From positions 70,110 to 134,109 of the forward strand of contig CAYYRJ010000002.1 of NCBI GenBank assembly GCA_964474085.1: DNA of 64,000 nucleotides, in the 5' to 3' direction. Below, one piece after another: positions 41,104 through 49,270 of the stretch. The stretch's first letter is position 1, and each line of letters starts with the position of its first letter. The DNA is from an uncultured Planctomycetales bacterium (GTDB lineage Bacteria > Omnitrophota > Gorgyraeia > Zapsychrales > JANLHA01). The notes under the pieces are model-generated. The model was not told the DNA's origin and did not search any database. It saw only the letters and a list, made by a program, of their open reading frames with translations. A program made the translations under genes and the position numbers.

Positions 41104-41805
41104 ATGATCAACCGCGAAATATTATACAAAAAGATGGAATTCTTGGTCGACGACTTATTAAAAGAAAATCCTCCTTTTGATAAAGCTTCACAAAATCCTA
41201 CACTTTTGAATTTTTACTCTACATACATTAACTATTACAGCCAATTAACTGAAAATCAACGAAAGGACATTATCAAAGCACAGAGATGTAGCGCAAAATG
41301 GCATATCCATAATTTTCTTTTTGGATTCAAAAGGGATCAACCATATCCCTACCCAGAATTAAAAAAAATTATTACTGATTTTAGAATTTGGTATCAAACA
41401 AAAGAAAGTATAATCCCGGGGTCTGTAACAACTACAGAAAAGTTTGATGCTTTAAATATCTTAAAGGAAAAGATGGCAAAGCATTTTCCTCAATTCTCTA
41501 TGAGCAAAACATTAAAAATACCGGGGTTTTATGTATTCTCATTTAATGTCTTTGAAGATACGGATTTGATTATTGCTTTTGATCGAGGAAAATACGGAGG
41601 CTCTCTGAGTATATATATTAGTTTAAATAAACCAGAAATGTTTCTTAATATATCCAATTTTTACGGATACGGTTGTTGTTGTTTCTCTTATAACACAAAA
41701 AAAGAATTTCTCCGCCGTTTAGATTTAACATTCGAAGTTCTTGACTTTTTTTATCCGAAGTTTCATAAAGCAATTAAAGAAGCTTACGAAGAGTCGGATA
41801 AATAG
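41104..41805 (+). CDS. putative cognate immunity protein for toxin 2 (hypothetical)
   Basis: Starts 19 nt after the toxin stop. AT-rich. No recognisable domain. Confidence 0.45.
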   Translation: MINREILYKKMEFLVDDLLKENPPFDKASQNPTLLNFYSTYINYYSQLTENQRKDIIKAQRCSAKWHIHNFLFGFKRDQPYPYPELKKIITDFRIWYQTKESIIPGSVTTTEKFDALNILKEKMAKHFPQFSMSKTLKIPGFYVFSFNVFEDTDLIIAFDRGKYGGSLSIYISLNKPEMFLNISNFYGYGCCCFSYNTKKEFLRRLDLTFEVLDFFYPKFHKAIKEAYEESDK

Positions 41806-42079
41806 GGCGAAAAACGAAACACTTCCAAACGTACCGGGTTCAGAATAAGTTTTAAAGAAAATGGCGTTGCTAGTAAAAAACGGAATACTTCCAAACGTGC
41901 CGTATTCAGAATATGACACTCGCGAGACGGAGCTCAATTAGTTTCGGTGTTGATCACCAAATGCGTCAACAAGGCTATCGTGCATTTTTAGGAGTTAAAG
42001 AACCGTATAGGCAAATTGTTGATGAGGCGTTGCTAAAACAAAGTTAGACCCGGCACGTTCAGAAATGTTCCGGTTTCCT

Positions 42080-42255
42080 TAAAAGCCTCCGTTCTGGAGG
42101 ATTTAGATTGTAAATCCCCCAAACCTGCCTTTGGCAGGCAAGCCCCCTTTCTTGCAGACTGGGCCAGATGAAGTGGCAATCTGAAAAGTGGATTCCCGCT
42201 TTCGCGGGAATGACAAAAAAGACAATGTCATCCCTGCGAAAGCAGGGATCCAAGG
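42080..42255 (+). repeat. hairpin-dense repeat, copy A (about 176 bp)
   Basis: About 98% identical to the core of copy B. Contains cctccgttctggagg, ggaggatttagattgtaaatccccc, cctgcctttggcagg, attcccgctttcgcgggaat and tccctgcgaaagcaggga stem-loops, including GAAA/TTTC tetraloops. Confidence 0.85.
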
Positions 42256-42525
42256 TCTACGTGATGTATGATTTAAAAATTTTATGTTCTGGGCTTTTAG
42301 CTAAAAGACGTTTTATCAAAATTAAGCATAGCTATAATTTATAAAAATATTCCAGGAATCCTGGGAATACTTTTGCATGTTAAAAGATATGATTGGGTTG
42401 CATAAAACGTCTTATTCAATTCGCATAATAGCAACTGAAGGCGGAGTTCTTGTCGGCAAAAATACCCCTGCCGACCTAAAAGACAAAACCTTAATATTTG
42501 AAACAATCGAGAGGAGAATGCCTTA

Positions 42526-43185
42526 ATGAGGGAAGTCACTCGGCTAAGCAATCAATTCCTTCTCGAAATTGCAAAACATGTCGGCAAATATGATTTTTCA
42601 AATAAAATCAAAGAGCAATCTTTCGAGAAAAAAACAGATTTTGGTAAAGTGTGCATGCACTTTTCCTTTATTAAATTTTCTGAATATTTTGGCATAACTC
42701 TCGATGTTGGAATACGATTTGACGATTTAGAAAATCTTATCCATGAAACAAATAATCTTATTCCCCAAAGAAGAAAAAAAGAAACATATTCTATGGGTTG
42801 TGAATTAGGAAATCTATCTCAAGGAAAACCTAAATGCTGGGCAATCGAAAAAGATGATGACATTATTCCAGTTGTTTTAGAAATTATTTCTTTTTTTGAA
42901 AGAGTAGGAATACCTTATCTAGAAAAATACTCTGATATGCGCAATGCAAAAGAAGCTTTGTCAGGTGATGGCCCCTCTGCATGGCTTTATAGTGCAATTG
43001 ATAATGAACGAGCAAAAAGAGCCGTTGGCTTGACTTTTTTGTTAGATAATATGGACGCAGTATTGGCTTTAGCAAAAATCAAAGAGCAATATTTAAAAGA
43101 AAGAAATGATTTTGGGTTAGCTTCTTTTCAATCCTTTGTGAAGTTTTTAATAGAAAAAGACAAGCAGGATAAACAACAAGGTTAA
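42526..43185 (+). CDS. hypothetical protein (219 aa) carried between repeat copies A and B
   Basis: AT-rich ORF with no recognisable motif. Confidence 0.4.
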   Translation: MREVTRLSNQFLLEIAKHVGKYDFSNKIKEQSFEKKTDFGKVCMHFSFIKFSEYFGITLDVGIRFDDLENLIHETNNLIPQRRKKETYSMGCELGNLSQGKPKCWAIEKDDDIIPVVLEIISFFERVGIPYLEKYSDMRNAKEALSGDGPSAWLYSAIDNERAKRAVGLTFLLDNMDAVLALAKIKEQYLKERNDFGLASFQSFVKFLIEKDKQDKQQG

Positions 43186-43296
43186 TTCGAGATTAATTCG
43201 GACCGTTTTTACATAACCTGTTGATTTTAGCTTAAAGTCCAGCAGAAGTGTCCCCGAAATCGTTTTTAGTTCTTTGAAAAAGTAAAAAGTATTTTC

Positions 43297-43510
43297 AAAA
43301 GCCTCCGCTCTGGAGGATTTAGATTGTAAATCCCCCAAACCTGCCTTTGGCAGGCGAGCCCCCTTTCTTGCAGACTGGGCCAGATGAAGTGGCAATCTGA
43401 AAAGTGGATTCCCGCTTTCGCGGGAATGACAAAATTTTCGCGGGAATGACAGAAATATGAGGGAATGACAAAAGAGGTAGTGTCATCCCTGCGAAAGCAG
43501 GGATCCAAGG
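43297..43510 (+). repeat. hairpin-dense repeat, copy B (about 214 bp, with internal triplication of a (c)gggaatgaca unit)
   Basis: Direct-orientation copy of A. Preceded at 43198-43277 by the junction motifs TCGGACCGTTTTT, AGCAGAAGTGTCCCCGAAA and AGTTCTTTGA. Confidence 0.85.
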
Positions 43511-43652
43511 CTTAAAAATTGCTAAAACATTTCCGGAAGTGTCGGGTTCAAGCTGAAGGTGGCTTTTTCATAGATGTTCCGATGAGCAGTTCTGATGAGC
43601 AGCGCAAATGCCTGCCGAAAAGCAAACGTGGATGTTTGGGAAGTAAATTGAA

Positions 43653-44456
43653 TTAATACACGGCTTCTATATTTTGTCGAATAATCCTTGAATCAAAAAG
43701 GTTTAACTCACTCTTATCTTCTAAAAACCTCTCGACATCTTTTTTAACCTTCTCAAAATCAATTCGCTCAATATTCTCAAGTAAATACGTCTTTAGATTG
43801 TCTTGATTAATACCCAAATCAACTCCCTGCGTTTGCTTAATTGCATTATTAAGCAACACAAAATTCGGTTTTACTTTCTTAGTTAAATACCAGACAAAAT
43901 CGTAATAATCACGGCCTTTGATAAACTTACGGTAAAAACAGGCATGTAGTTTTCCGGCATATAATGACGGGAGATCATAATGAGTAACCGTAAAATTAAA
44001 AAACTTGCCCACAAAAGTATTTGCCAAATTCCAGCCTAAAGGGGGATTCGTGTCAATTTCAAATTTGATCGAAAACTTCTGACTTTGCATCGGAGATAAC
44101 CCAAGAGCTTTCAGTAAACCCGTAAAACCCATCATCATACTATGAACGTTAGTTTCAGTTCTTGGTTTAGCTTCAAACGGCAGATTATATAGCGCAAACG
44201 ACCTCGAAAGTTCTTCATAAATTTCAGAAAAATTGTATTTCCTTTTATCACTCAAAGAAAAATCTAAATCTTCCGAAAACCTTTTGATGTTATATAAAAT
44301 CCTCAAAGATGTTCCACCCCAAAAAGCAACCTGATCAAAGAATTTCTTTTCATCCATAATTTTCAAACACAAAATTTGTAAAAACTCACGGATTACATTG
44401 AGTTTTTGATCATTAGACATCCCCTCTTTAAACTGTTGCTTAATCACATCAATCAT
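43653..44456 (-). CDS. AbiEii/AbiGii-family nucleotidyltransferase toxin (type IV TA / abortive infection)
   Basis: DUF1814-type N-terminus ...VIREFLQILCLKIM...FWGGTSLRILYNIKRFSEDLDFSL. Confidence 0.75.
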   Translation of the reverse strand: MIDVIKQQFKEGMSNDQKLNVIREFLQILCLKIMDEKKFFDQVAFWGGTSLRILYNIKRFSEDLDFSLSDKRKYNFSEIYEELSRSFALYNLPFEAKPRTETNVHSMMMGFTGLLKALGLSPMQSQKFSIKFEIDTNPPLGWNLANTFVGKFFNFTVTHYDLPSLYAGKLHACFYRKFIKGRDYYDFVWYLTKKVKPNFVLLNNAIKQTQGVDLGINQDNLKTYLLENIERIDFEKVKKDVERFLEDKSELNLFDSRIIRQNIEAVY

Positions 44457-45088
44457 AATCTCAACTCCTTAACCCAATCGATAAGGTCTTTAAGAACCTT
44501 CATAAGTTTTTTATTATTAAATAATTTACCAAGTTCTAATAATTTTTTTGTATCAATATCTTCAATATTCTGGAACCGATAAGACTGCTCCAAAACTTCT
44601 CTAACATTATTGTTAAATTGCGCCAAATTAAAATATAAAAAATCAACGATCGCCTTTTCTGGTTCGGCGATAAAAAATGAAACCTTATTATCAGCAACCC
44701 TCCTAAAACCCCTAAAAGCTCCAGGCTTAACATGCTGATATGAAAAGACTCCCAATGATGTACTAAAAGACATTGTTTTTCGAGTCGTCACGGAGGTCTT
44801 ATCTGCGACAGCTTCAGGAATAAATCCATAATACCCTAGGGCATATTCCAAACTCAAATAAGACGGCTCATAAAGCATCCCCGCAATGGTGCTTGGATCC
44901 ACATCAACTTTGCGATCATTAGTATTAAGAATATAAAATCCCTTGCGCAAGCTAATAAGCAGACCTTTTTTTTGCCACCGATGCATTTGATTGCGCATAA
45001 CTTGCGGATCTGCAATAGTGCGAATAACATCCTTGCTCTTAATAAGCGGACGATTTTGAAACTGAGCTTTAAATTCTAAAAAATTCAT
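44453..45088 (-). CDS. AbiEi-family antitoxin / transcriptional regulator
   Basis: Overlaps the toxin gene by 4 nt. The N-terminal domain (...VMRNQMHRWQKKGLLISLRKGFYIL) is typical of AbiEi_4. Confidence 0.65.
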   Translation of the reverse strand: MNFLEFKAQFQNRPLIKSKDVIRTIADPQVMRNQMHRWQKKGLLISLRKGFYILNTNDRKVDVDPSTIAGMLYEPSYLSLEYALGYYGFIPEAVADKTSVTTRKTMSFSTSLGVFSYQHVKPGAFRGFRRVADNKVSFFIAEPEKAIVDFLYFNLAQFNNNVREVLEQSYRFQNIEDIDTKKLLELGKLFNNKKLMKVLKDLIDWVKELRL

Positions 45089-45100
45089 ATATTTCCATTT

Positions 45101-45118
45101 ATAATCATTAATGATTAT
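45101..45118. promoter_or_regulatory. perfect 18-bp palindrome ATAATCATTAATGATTAT 13 nt upstream of the AbiEi start; candidate autoregulatory operator
   Basis: Read directly from the sequence. Confidence 0.45.
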
Positions 45119-45330
45119 TTGTAGAAATAATATACAATATAGAAAGGAAAAGCAAAAGAATTTTTACAAATTAGCGCGGGGGATGGATTTTTTGCTGAAT
45201 TTTTGCTTTAAGATTAGAGGAAAGAATTGCATATCATCAATTAAGTAGCGGCGCCATAAACGTCCCAAGAAAGCTACAGCTACAGACAAATAAGTTCACA
45301 TATATGATAAATAAATGCAACAGATGAGAA

Positions 45331-46065
45331 TTATTTTGAAATCAATCGCGATTTAATAGCCATAAAAACCAGATAAAACATAAAGCCAAACCCGTCAATA
45401 ATATACCTTCGAAACATACGCTTAGGGTCGATAAATATCCGCCAGAACCACTCTAAATAAAGCATCTGAAAAATCTTTGGCGCCCGAATTTTGTGCCCAG
45501 AAAGATAATCCAGCAAAGCCCCGACGCCTAAACAAAGCTTAGGATCAAGCTGTTGACGGTTATGCGCAATCCATTTTTCTTGTTTGGGCGCGCCAAAAGC
45601 GACAAACAAAATTTGCGCCCCCGACGCATTGATCTGCCGAATAACTTCCCCGTCATCTTCAAAATATCCGCTATGCGTTCCGACAATCTTAATCCCGGGA
45701 AATGACTTGGCCACATTTTGGGCCGCCGCTTTTGCCACCCCCTCTTTGCCGCCTAAGAAAAAAATCGTCCAACCTTGCGCTGCTGCAACTTTCATCAATT
45801 GTGGCGAAAAGTCGGTCCCGTTACAATTTTCGACCATCCGTCCGCCAAACAGCCAAGTAGCAACTTTCAAACCAATTCCATCCGGCAACACAAGGGCAGT
45901 ATCCGAAAGAATCGCCAAATATTCTTTATCTTTAACGGCCTTTGATAAACAATCCGAATTCAAAAAAAAGATATTGGATTTACGCTCTTGCCCCATAAGA
46001 CGCACGGCGCTGGCAAGGGCCGCTTTAAAACTCACATTATAATATTTAACTTTTAGGATTTCCAT
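45331..46065 (-). CDS. WecB/TagA/CpsF-family glycosyltransferase (GT26)
   Basis: ILKVKYYNVSF...LPDGIGLKVATWLFGG...IFFLGGKEGVAKAA matches the GT26 family. The internal Met (MEILKVKY) is chosen as start. Confidence 0.75.
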   Translation of the reverse strand: MEILKVKYYNVSFKAALASAVRLMGQERKSNIFFLNSDCLSKAVKDKEYLAILSDTALVLPDGIGLKVATWLFGGRMVENCNGTDFSPQLMKVAAAQGWTIFFLGGKEGVAKAAAQNVAKSFPGIKIVGTHSGYFEDDGEVIRQINASGAQILFVAFGAPKQEKWIAHNRQQLDPKLCLGVGALLDYLSGHKIRAPKIFQMLYLEWFWRIFIDPKRMFRRYIIDGFGFMFYLVFMAIKSRLISK

Positions 46066-46951
46066 CTGACTCGATAAACCCATTGATAAACCCGGTTGAC
46101 CACCATATAAATCCGACGACAAAAACAGGACTTGATTTTAAGAAAGAGCGTAAATGCGAAGGTCCAGCTGTGGCGACACGGGCGACAATACGCAAAAACT
46201 TTATCGTTAAAAAAGCCGGTGAAAGCAGAATCGCAGCGATGCCCTTATAAATAATACTTTTGTAGTACTGCCGTCGGTAGATACTGACATATTTTCCTAA
46301 AAGAAACTGGTTGCGCAAAAACCCCTCCCACCCTTCCCTAAAAATATGCCGGCACTTTGCCTGGGGGATAAAGTAAACTGGAGCTTTGTTTTGCAACTGC
46401 AAAAAAAACAGCGTGTCTTCTGAAGCCCGAATGTCCGGAAATCCGCCGACCTGTTCAAAAAGTTTTCGTTCGCAAAACATATTGCATGAAGGGACAAAAA
46501 GTTTTTGGACTCCCCTGCTTTCTGTCAAATACTCGTTAAACTGCAAATACAATTGCGCTAGCGCTGTGGTGTTATTCTTTTGAAAATCCGGAATCCCGAT
46601 TGCTCCCCCGCCGGCACGGCAACCCTGAGTGTAAGCAGCTATGATTTCCTTTAGCCAGTCGTCAGCCAAGATCACATCGCTGTCAATAAAGCACAGCAGC
46701 TCCCCTTTGGCCGCCCGTGCGCCGATGTTGCGGCTCTGGGCGGGAATCGTTTTCTGCTCCAAGACAATGACTTTAATCTGATCCGACACTAACGTACTCA
46801 AATACTTTTTTGCCATTTCATCGTCGGAAGAATCCACAACGACAATTTCAAATGGACCTGCTGCCTGCTGTGCGAGAATACTTTCGATCGTCTTAGGCAG
46901 AGTCTTAAGCGAATTGTAGGATGGGATGATAAAGGACGTCGCGACGCTCAT
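46046..46951 (-). CDS. glycosyltransferase family 2
   Basis: SFIIPSYNSLKTLPKTIESILAQ...VVDSSDD matches the GT2 N-terminal DXD region. Confidence 0.8.
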   Translation of the reverse strand: MSVATSFIIPSYNSLKTLPKTIESILAQQAAGPFEIVVVDSSDDEMAKKYLSTLVSDQIKVIVLEQKTIPAQSRNIGARAAKGELLCFIDSDVILADDWLKEIIAAYTQGCRAGGGAIGIPDFQKNNTTALAQLYLQFNEYLTESRGVQKLFVPSCNMFCERKLFEQVGGFPDIRASEDTLFFLQLQNKAPVYFIPQAKCRHIFREGWEGFLRNQFLLGKYVSIYRRQYYKSIIYKGIAAILLSPAFLTIKFLRIVARVATAGPSHLRSFLKSSPVFVVGFIWWSTGFINGFIESDGNPKS

Positions 46952-48075
46952 ACTTCTTTTTTTCCAACAAGTAGCCGATAAACATCCATTGTTTTTTGTG
47001 CAATATTATCCCAATTATACCGCCCCAAAATCATCGAAAACTGCCCCTGGCGCTGAATATCCGTCAAAGGCCCACGATCCATAAATTCTTTTAGTTTTTG
47101 CGCAATTTCCAAAACATCACCCGCTTTAAAATAACGCTCCGCATCTAAACCAACTTCGCTGTTGGCCGCAATATCCGATAAAATACACGACAATCCATAA
47201 CTCATCGCTTCTAAAAGTACAATCGGCAAACCTTCATGATACGATGGCAAAACGAACAAACCGCTATGTGCAAAAAGTTCCCTCAGACGCTCGCCTTTTT
47301 GAAATCCAGTTAAAACAATATTTTTATTTTGCGCAGCATCTTCTTTAAGTTCACGGCTGTACTTGTCATCGTGATCTGCGCTACCGACAAGAACTAATTT
47401 CCAATCCGTATTAAGCTTTCCAAAAGCCTTAAGAAGATCATGAAAACCTTTTTCAGGGACAAAACGTCCGACGGAAAGAATGTATTTTGATTTTTTCAAA
47501 CCAAACTGATGCAAAGCAACATCAGTGCAAACAGGCAACGGAATATGTACACCATTGGGAATAATGACGGCTGATGTTTTGTAATTTCTTTTAAGATTAT
47601 CCGCAATCGTCGCTGAAATCGAGATAACCTTATTTGCCCAAATGCTCCCAATCTTTTCGGAAAACTTTAAAAAAATTTTTGCCCCCATCCCCCACTTGAG
47701 CCGCTCATAATCCGGACCATGATTGGTCATAACCACCTTAAGTCCCAAAACCCGTGCCAAAGGAACAAAGAATGCCGGCCCGATCGCATGAATGTGCACA
47801 AGATCACATCCAGCTGCCCGAGCTGCAAAAACACCTCGAAAAGTATGCACAAACGCTTCCAAGAATTTGTGCCGGGGGCACTTTAAAGAAATCAAGCGCA
47901 CACCATTAAACTCATGGATGTCAGAGCTGACATAAACAGGACGTGTAAAAACAGTGACGTCGCAACCCAGCTGAACTAAGCGTGGATATAAATTCTCACA
48001 ATGCGTCTCCACCCCGCCTTGAACATTTGGAAAACCACGCGTCCCTAAGACACAAATTTTAATTTTGGATGTCAT
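46948..48075 (-). CDS. glycosyltransferase family 4 (GT-B)
   Basis: C-terminal ...FVLPSYHEGLPIVLLEAMSYGLSCI matches the GT4 E-x7-E region. Confidence 0.8.
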   Translation of the reverse strand: MTSKIKICVLGTRGFPNVQGGVETHCENLYPRLVQLGCDVTVFTRPVYVSSDIHEFNGVRLISLKCPRHKFLEAFVHTFRGVFAARAAGCDLVHIHAIGPAFFVPLARVLGLKVVMTNHGPDYERLKWGMGAKIFLKFSEKIGSIWANKVISISATIADNLKRNYKTSAVIIPNGVHIPLPVCTDVALHQFGLKKSKYILSVGRFVPEKGFHDLLKAFGKLNTDWKLVLVGSADHDDKYSRELKEDAAQNKNIVLTGFQKGERLRELFAHSGLFVLPSYHEGLPIVLLEAMSYGLSCILSDIAANSEVGLDAERYFKAGDVLEIAQKLKEFMDRGPLTDIQRQGQFSMILGRYNWDNIAQKTMDVYRLLVGKKEV

Positions 48076-48076
48076 T

Positions 48077-49270
48077 TTATTTTTGGTTTAGAACTTCGAC
48101 GATCATCCCTGCGGCACAACGGGCAACGGCATCCCACGTATGATCTTGGGCGATCCTGATGCGCCGCTGTCGATCTTCTGGCGCATCATCGCACAGCGCC
48201 TTGGTTAACAAATTTGAAAATTGTTCGTAGTTTTTGGCAATATAAACGCTGTCGCTAAACTCCCGTATCTGCATGATATCGACACAAACAACGGGCTTGC
48301 CGCTCGCAAAATATTCCATCAACTTTTTGGGATTGCGGTAATTATTGAAGGTGTCAAAGACATTGTAATATAAACAACAACAGTCAAAGCTCTGCATATA
48401 CTCCGGCAACTGCGCGTAAAGTTTTTTGCCAAGGAAATAAACATTGCTCGGCAGATTAAGCTCCTTTAACTGAGCATAAATATCACCAATAAAAACAAAA
48501 GATACCCCCGCATGTTTTTGCGCCAGGTAACGCACCAATTCGAAATCAAGCGGCTTGATCTCTCCGACATAACCGACAATGGGACGCTGTAATTTTTTGA
48601 TATCTTCAGGCATTGGCAAACCGTTCTCCTGCGCCATTGCAAAATGCGCGTAATCGACGCCATGGCTTAAAATACGAATATTTTTTCCAAACTTATTTCT
48701 TTCCTGCGCAAGTTTACTGCTAACAAATAAAGAAAGATCTGCTGCCGCCTGTATATCACGCTCCAAGCCAAGAATATATTCCTGATCGACCCCCGGAAAA
48801 TGGGAAAGATTATCACAACAATAATAGACAAGGCCCAGACCAATCTTTTTCTTTAAATACAAAGCGACATCCCGCGCCACGGGCGATGTCACCCAAATCA
48901 GCGGGCGGTCAAATCTTAAAATCACAAGAACGCATCGCAGCTGAACAATAAGCAAAAACTTATTTATCCGCGCGACGAGCTTTTCACGCCCCTTAATTAG
49001 AGGAAACGCAATCGGCGTTAAAACCCAAATATTATTTTCGGCTTTTTTCAAATATCGCAAAAGACTCGCCAATTTATTGCGGACCCGTTTCCAAAAAAAA
49101 CCACCGGTTTTTAACTCAGGCATCTTGATCCCCGTCGAGTTAACAAACAGAACACGGTTATCTTTGGCAAATTCCTTCATGATATGAAAGTTTGAATGAG
49201 GATTATGAAACCACCAATCCTCACCGGCAAAGCAGATGATCGTTTGCTCTTTGAAATCTTTTAGATTCAT
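48077..49270 (-). CDS. glycosyltransferase (GT1/GT4-like)
   Basis: 397 aa GT-B-like protein inside the polysaccharide cluster. Weak motif support only. Confidence 0.5.
   Translation of the reverse strand: MNLKDFKEQTIICFAGEDWWFHNPHSNFHIMKEFAKDNRVLFVNSTGIKMPELKTGGFFWKRVRNKLASLLRYLKKAENNIWVLTPIAFPLIKGREKLVARINKFLLIVQLRCVLVILRFDRPLIWVTSPVARDVALYLKKKIGLGLVYYCCDNLSHFPGVDQEYILGLERDIQAAADLSLFVSSKLAQERNKFGKNIRILSHGVDYAHFAMAQENGLPMPEDIKKLQRPIVGYVGEIKPLDFELVRYLAQKHAGVSFVFIGDIYAQLKELNLPSNVYFLGKKLYAQLPEYMQSFDCCCLYYNVFDTFNNYRNPKKLMEYFASGKPVVCVDIMQIREFSDSVYIAKNYEQFSNLLTKALCDDAPEDRQRRIRIAQDHTWDAVARCAAGMIVEVLNQK

Noticed and set aside
41725-41937. 70-aa minus-strand ORF with the repeated YSE(Y/P)GTFGS motif
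   Set aside because: It overlaps the end of the immunity gene and the degenerate tandem DNA repeats (acttccaaacgtRccg..ttcagaata), so it is an artefact of translating a repeat.
42059-42253. 64-aa and 80-aa minus-strand ORFs (MDPCFRRDD...VIPAKAGIH...) over repeat copy A; the counterpart over copy B is at 43266-43508
   Set aside because: They are translations of the hairpin repeat itself (tccctgcgaaagcaggga / attcccgctttcgcgggaat). Spurious ORFs of this kind typically arise over GNRA-hairpin repeat elements. They are treated as non-coding repeats.
43380-43480. Possible CRISPR-like short repeats (cgggaatgaca, three times)
   Set aside because: The units are only about 10 nt with irregular spacers of 6-12 nt. 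There are no cas genes and no regular repeat-spacer periodicity. This is an internal tandem triplication within repeat copy B.
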